From NCBI GenBank assembly GCA_046045965.1, contig JBJOKS010000051.1, positions 1 through 17,324 of the forward strand: 17,324 nt of DNA, read 5' to 3'. This document shows, piece by piece, positions 16,395 through 17,324 of the stretch; within the stretch, counting starts at the first letter, position 1, and the number at the start of each line of letters is the position of its first letter. The notes below the pieces were generated by a model. It searched no databases. It was given only the letters and a program-made list of their open reading frames with translations, and had not been told where the DNA came from. The DNA comes from Cyanobacteriota bacterium. Lineage in GTDB: Bacteria; Cyanobacteriota; Cyanobacteriia; Cyanobacteriales; Nostocaceae. Both the position numbers and the translations under genes were made by a program.

Positions 16395-17036
16395 ATGACT
16401 ATTGCTAAATCTCCCCCAACTTTACCACTTTTGGAAAATGGCGATCGCCTGGATCGTGCAGAGTTTGAACGTCGTTATACTGCGACACCCAATGTCAAAA
16501 AAGCTGAGTTAATTGAAGGTATTGTATACGTGGCTTCTCCTTTACGCTTTACACCCCATGCTAAACCACATGGCGACTTGATAGGCTGGTTATGGACTTA
16601 CAAAACTGCTGTTGGTGCGATCGAGTTGGGTGTTGAACCCACTGTGCGCCTTGATAATGACAATGAACCGCAACCTGATGTAGTGTTATTTAGAGTTAAT
16701 GGGAATGCCATAATTGATGATGATGGTTATATCACGGGTGCGCCGGAACTAATAGTAGAAATTGCTGCCAGTACAGTTTCCTATGATTTGCATGATAAAA
16801 AATGGGCTTATCAGCGTAATGGCGTTAAAGAATATATAGTTTGGCGGACATTTGATCAAGAAATTGATTGGTTTGTATTAGAAGATGGCAAATATGTAGA
16901 GATGAAACCAGATGCAGAGGGAATTATTAAGAGTGTGGAATTTGCGGGTTTATGGTTAAATGTTAAGGCGTTATTAGCGGGAGATATGCAGCAGGTTTTG
17001 AAAACTTTAAATGAGGGGATGAAAGCGGAATTATAG
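16395..17036 (+). CDS. Uma2 (DUF820) family PD-(D/E)XK putative endonuclease
   Basis: LENGDRL.R.EFE.RY, AELIEGIVY, EPQPD, APELIVEIAAS, DK...Y.RNGVKEY motifs. Confidence 0.93.
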   Translation: MTIAKSPPTLPLLENGDRLDRAEFERRYTATPNVKKAELIEGIVYVASPLRFTPHAKPHGDLIGWLWTYKTAVGAIELGVEPTVRLDNDNEPQPDVVLFRVNGNAIIDDDGYITGAPELIVEIAASTVSYDLHDKKWAYQRNGVKEYIVWRTFDQEIDWFVLEDGKYVEMKPDAEGIIKSVEFAGLWLNVKALLAGDMQQVLKTLNEGMKAEL

Positions 17037-17055
17037 GATAGTGCAGGAGAGGCGA

Positions 17056-17199
17056 TCACACCGTAGATATGGTATGGGCTTGTAGACTTACAAATAATGG
17101 ATCAATACTGCTATCTTCATCCGCATATACAGCATCTAACTGTTGAGTAATTTGATCCGGTTTATGTGATTGCAAATATTCTTGAAGTGCGATCGCATA
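17056..17199 (-). pseudogene. C-terminal fragment of a ChpI/CopG(RHH)-like antitoxin; N-terminal RHH missing
   Basis: YAIALQEYLQSH...ITQQLDAVYADEDSSIDPLFVSLQ resembles the C-terminal half of ChpI-like antitoxins (from memory). The upstream part of the 79-aa ORF lacks an MKTAISIPD-type start. Confidence 0.5.
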
Positions 17200-17324
17200 A
17201 ACAGTAAACCAAAAAGTTTTTCTCCGAAGAGCGATCGCTAAGGATAACAAAGCACCATTTACGTAAGGATTGGTCAAATAAAAGACAGTAAACATAATTA
17301 ATGCTTATAGTGATATCAGAGTTT

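Larger units (their letters stand above)
4028..17238. repeat. HIP1 octamers GCGATCGC (11 dispersed perfect copies)
   Basis: Starts at 4028, 6293, 10772, 13616, 13680, 14324, 15965, 16330, 16441, 17189 and 17231; a hallmark of cyanobacterial genomes. Confidence 0.95.

Noticed and set aside
16856..17059. 67-aa minus-strand ORF directly after the antitoxin fragment (considered as a toxin partner)
   Set aside because: Antisense to Uma2 and shows no MazF/PemK-like motifs.

Overview
AT-rich chromosomal DNA from a cyanobacterium, most likely a heterocyst-forming Nostocales strain. The evidence is 11 perfect HIP1 octamers, a split-intein dnaE-c gene, an hglE-type PKS and devBCA. The left half holds a PfaA/HglE-type iterative PKS on the minus strand (KS-AT-ACP-ACP-partial KR-like). 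It runs off the left edge, so the ORF track missed it. A repeat-rich ~1.1 kb intergenic region separates it from a divergent small MerR-like HTH gene and a complete devBCA-type ABC exporter. The right half has a Cys-rich small ORF, a nagB-like deaminase, a small acidic immunity-like ORF, a NADAR protein, a DUF6464-like protein and dnaE-c with its split intein. It continues with a membrane protein, a multidomain WGR + galectin protein, a Uma2 endonuclease and a HIP1-bounded antitoxin remnant. The strongest leads are (1) a bacterial protein fusing WGR domain(s) to a galectin domain with an intact sugar-binding motif, and (2) a stand-alone MerR/BldC-like HTH next to 11-bp-phased TGCAACT repeats between hglE and devBCA. 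All family calls come from motif recognition by eye; no database search was run.
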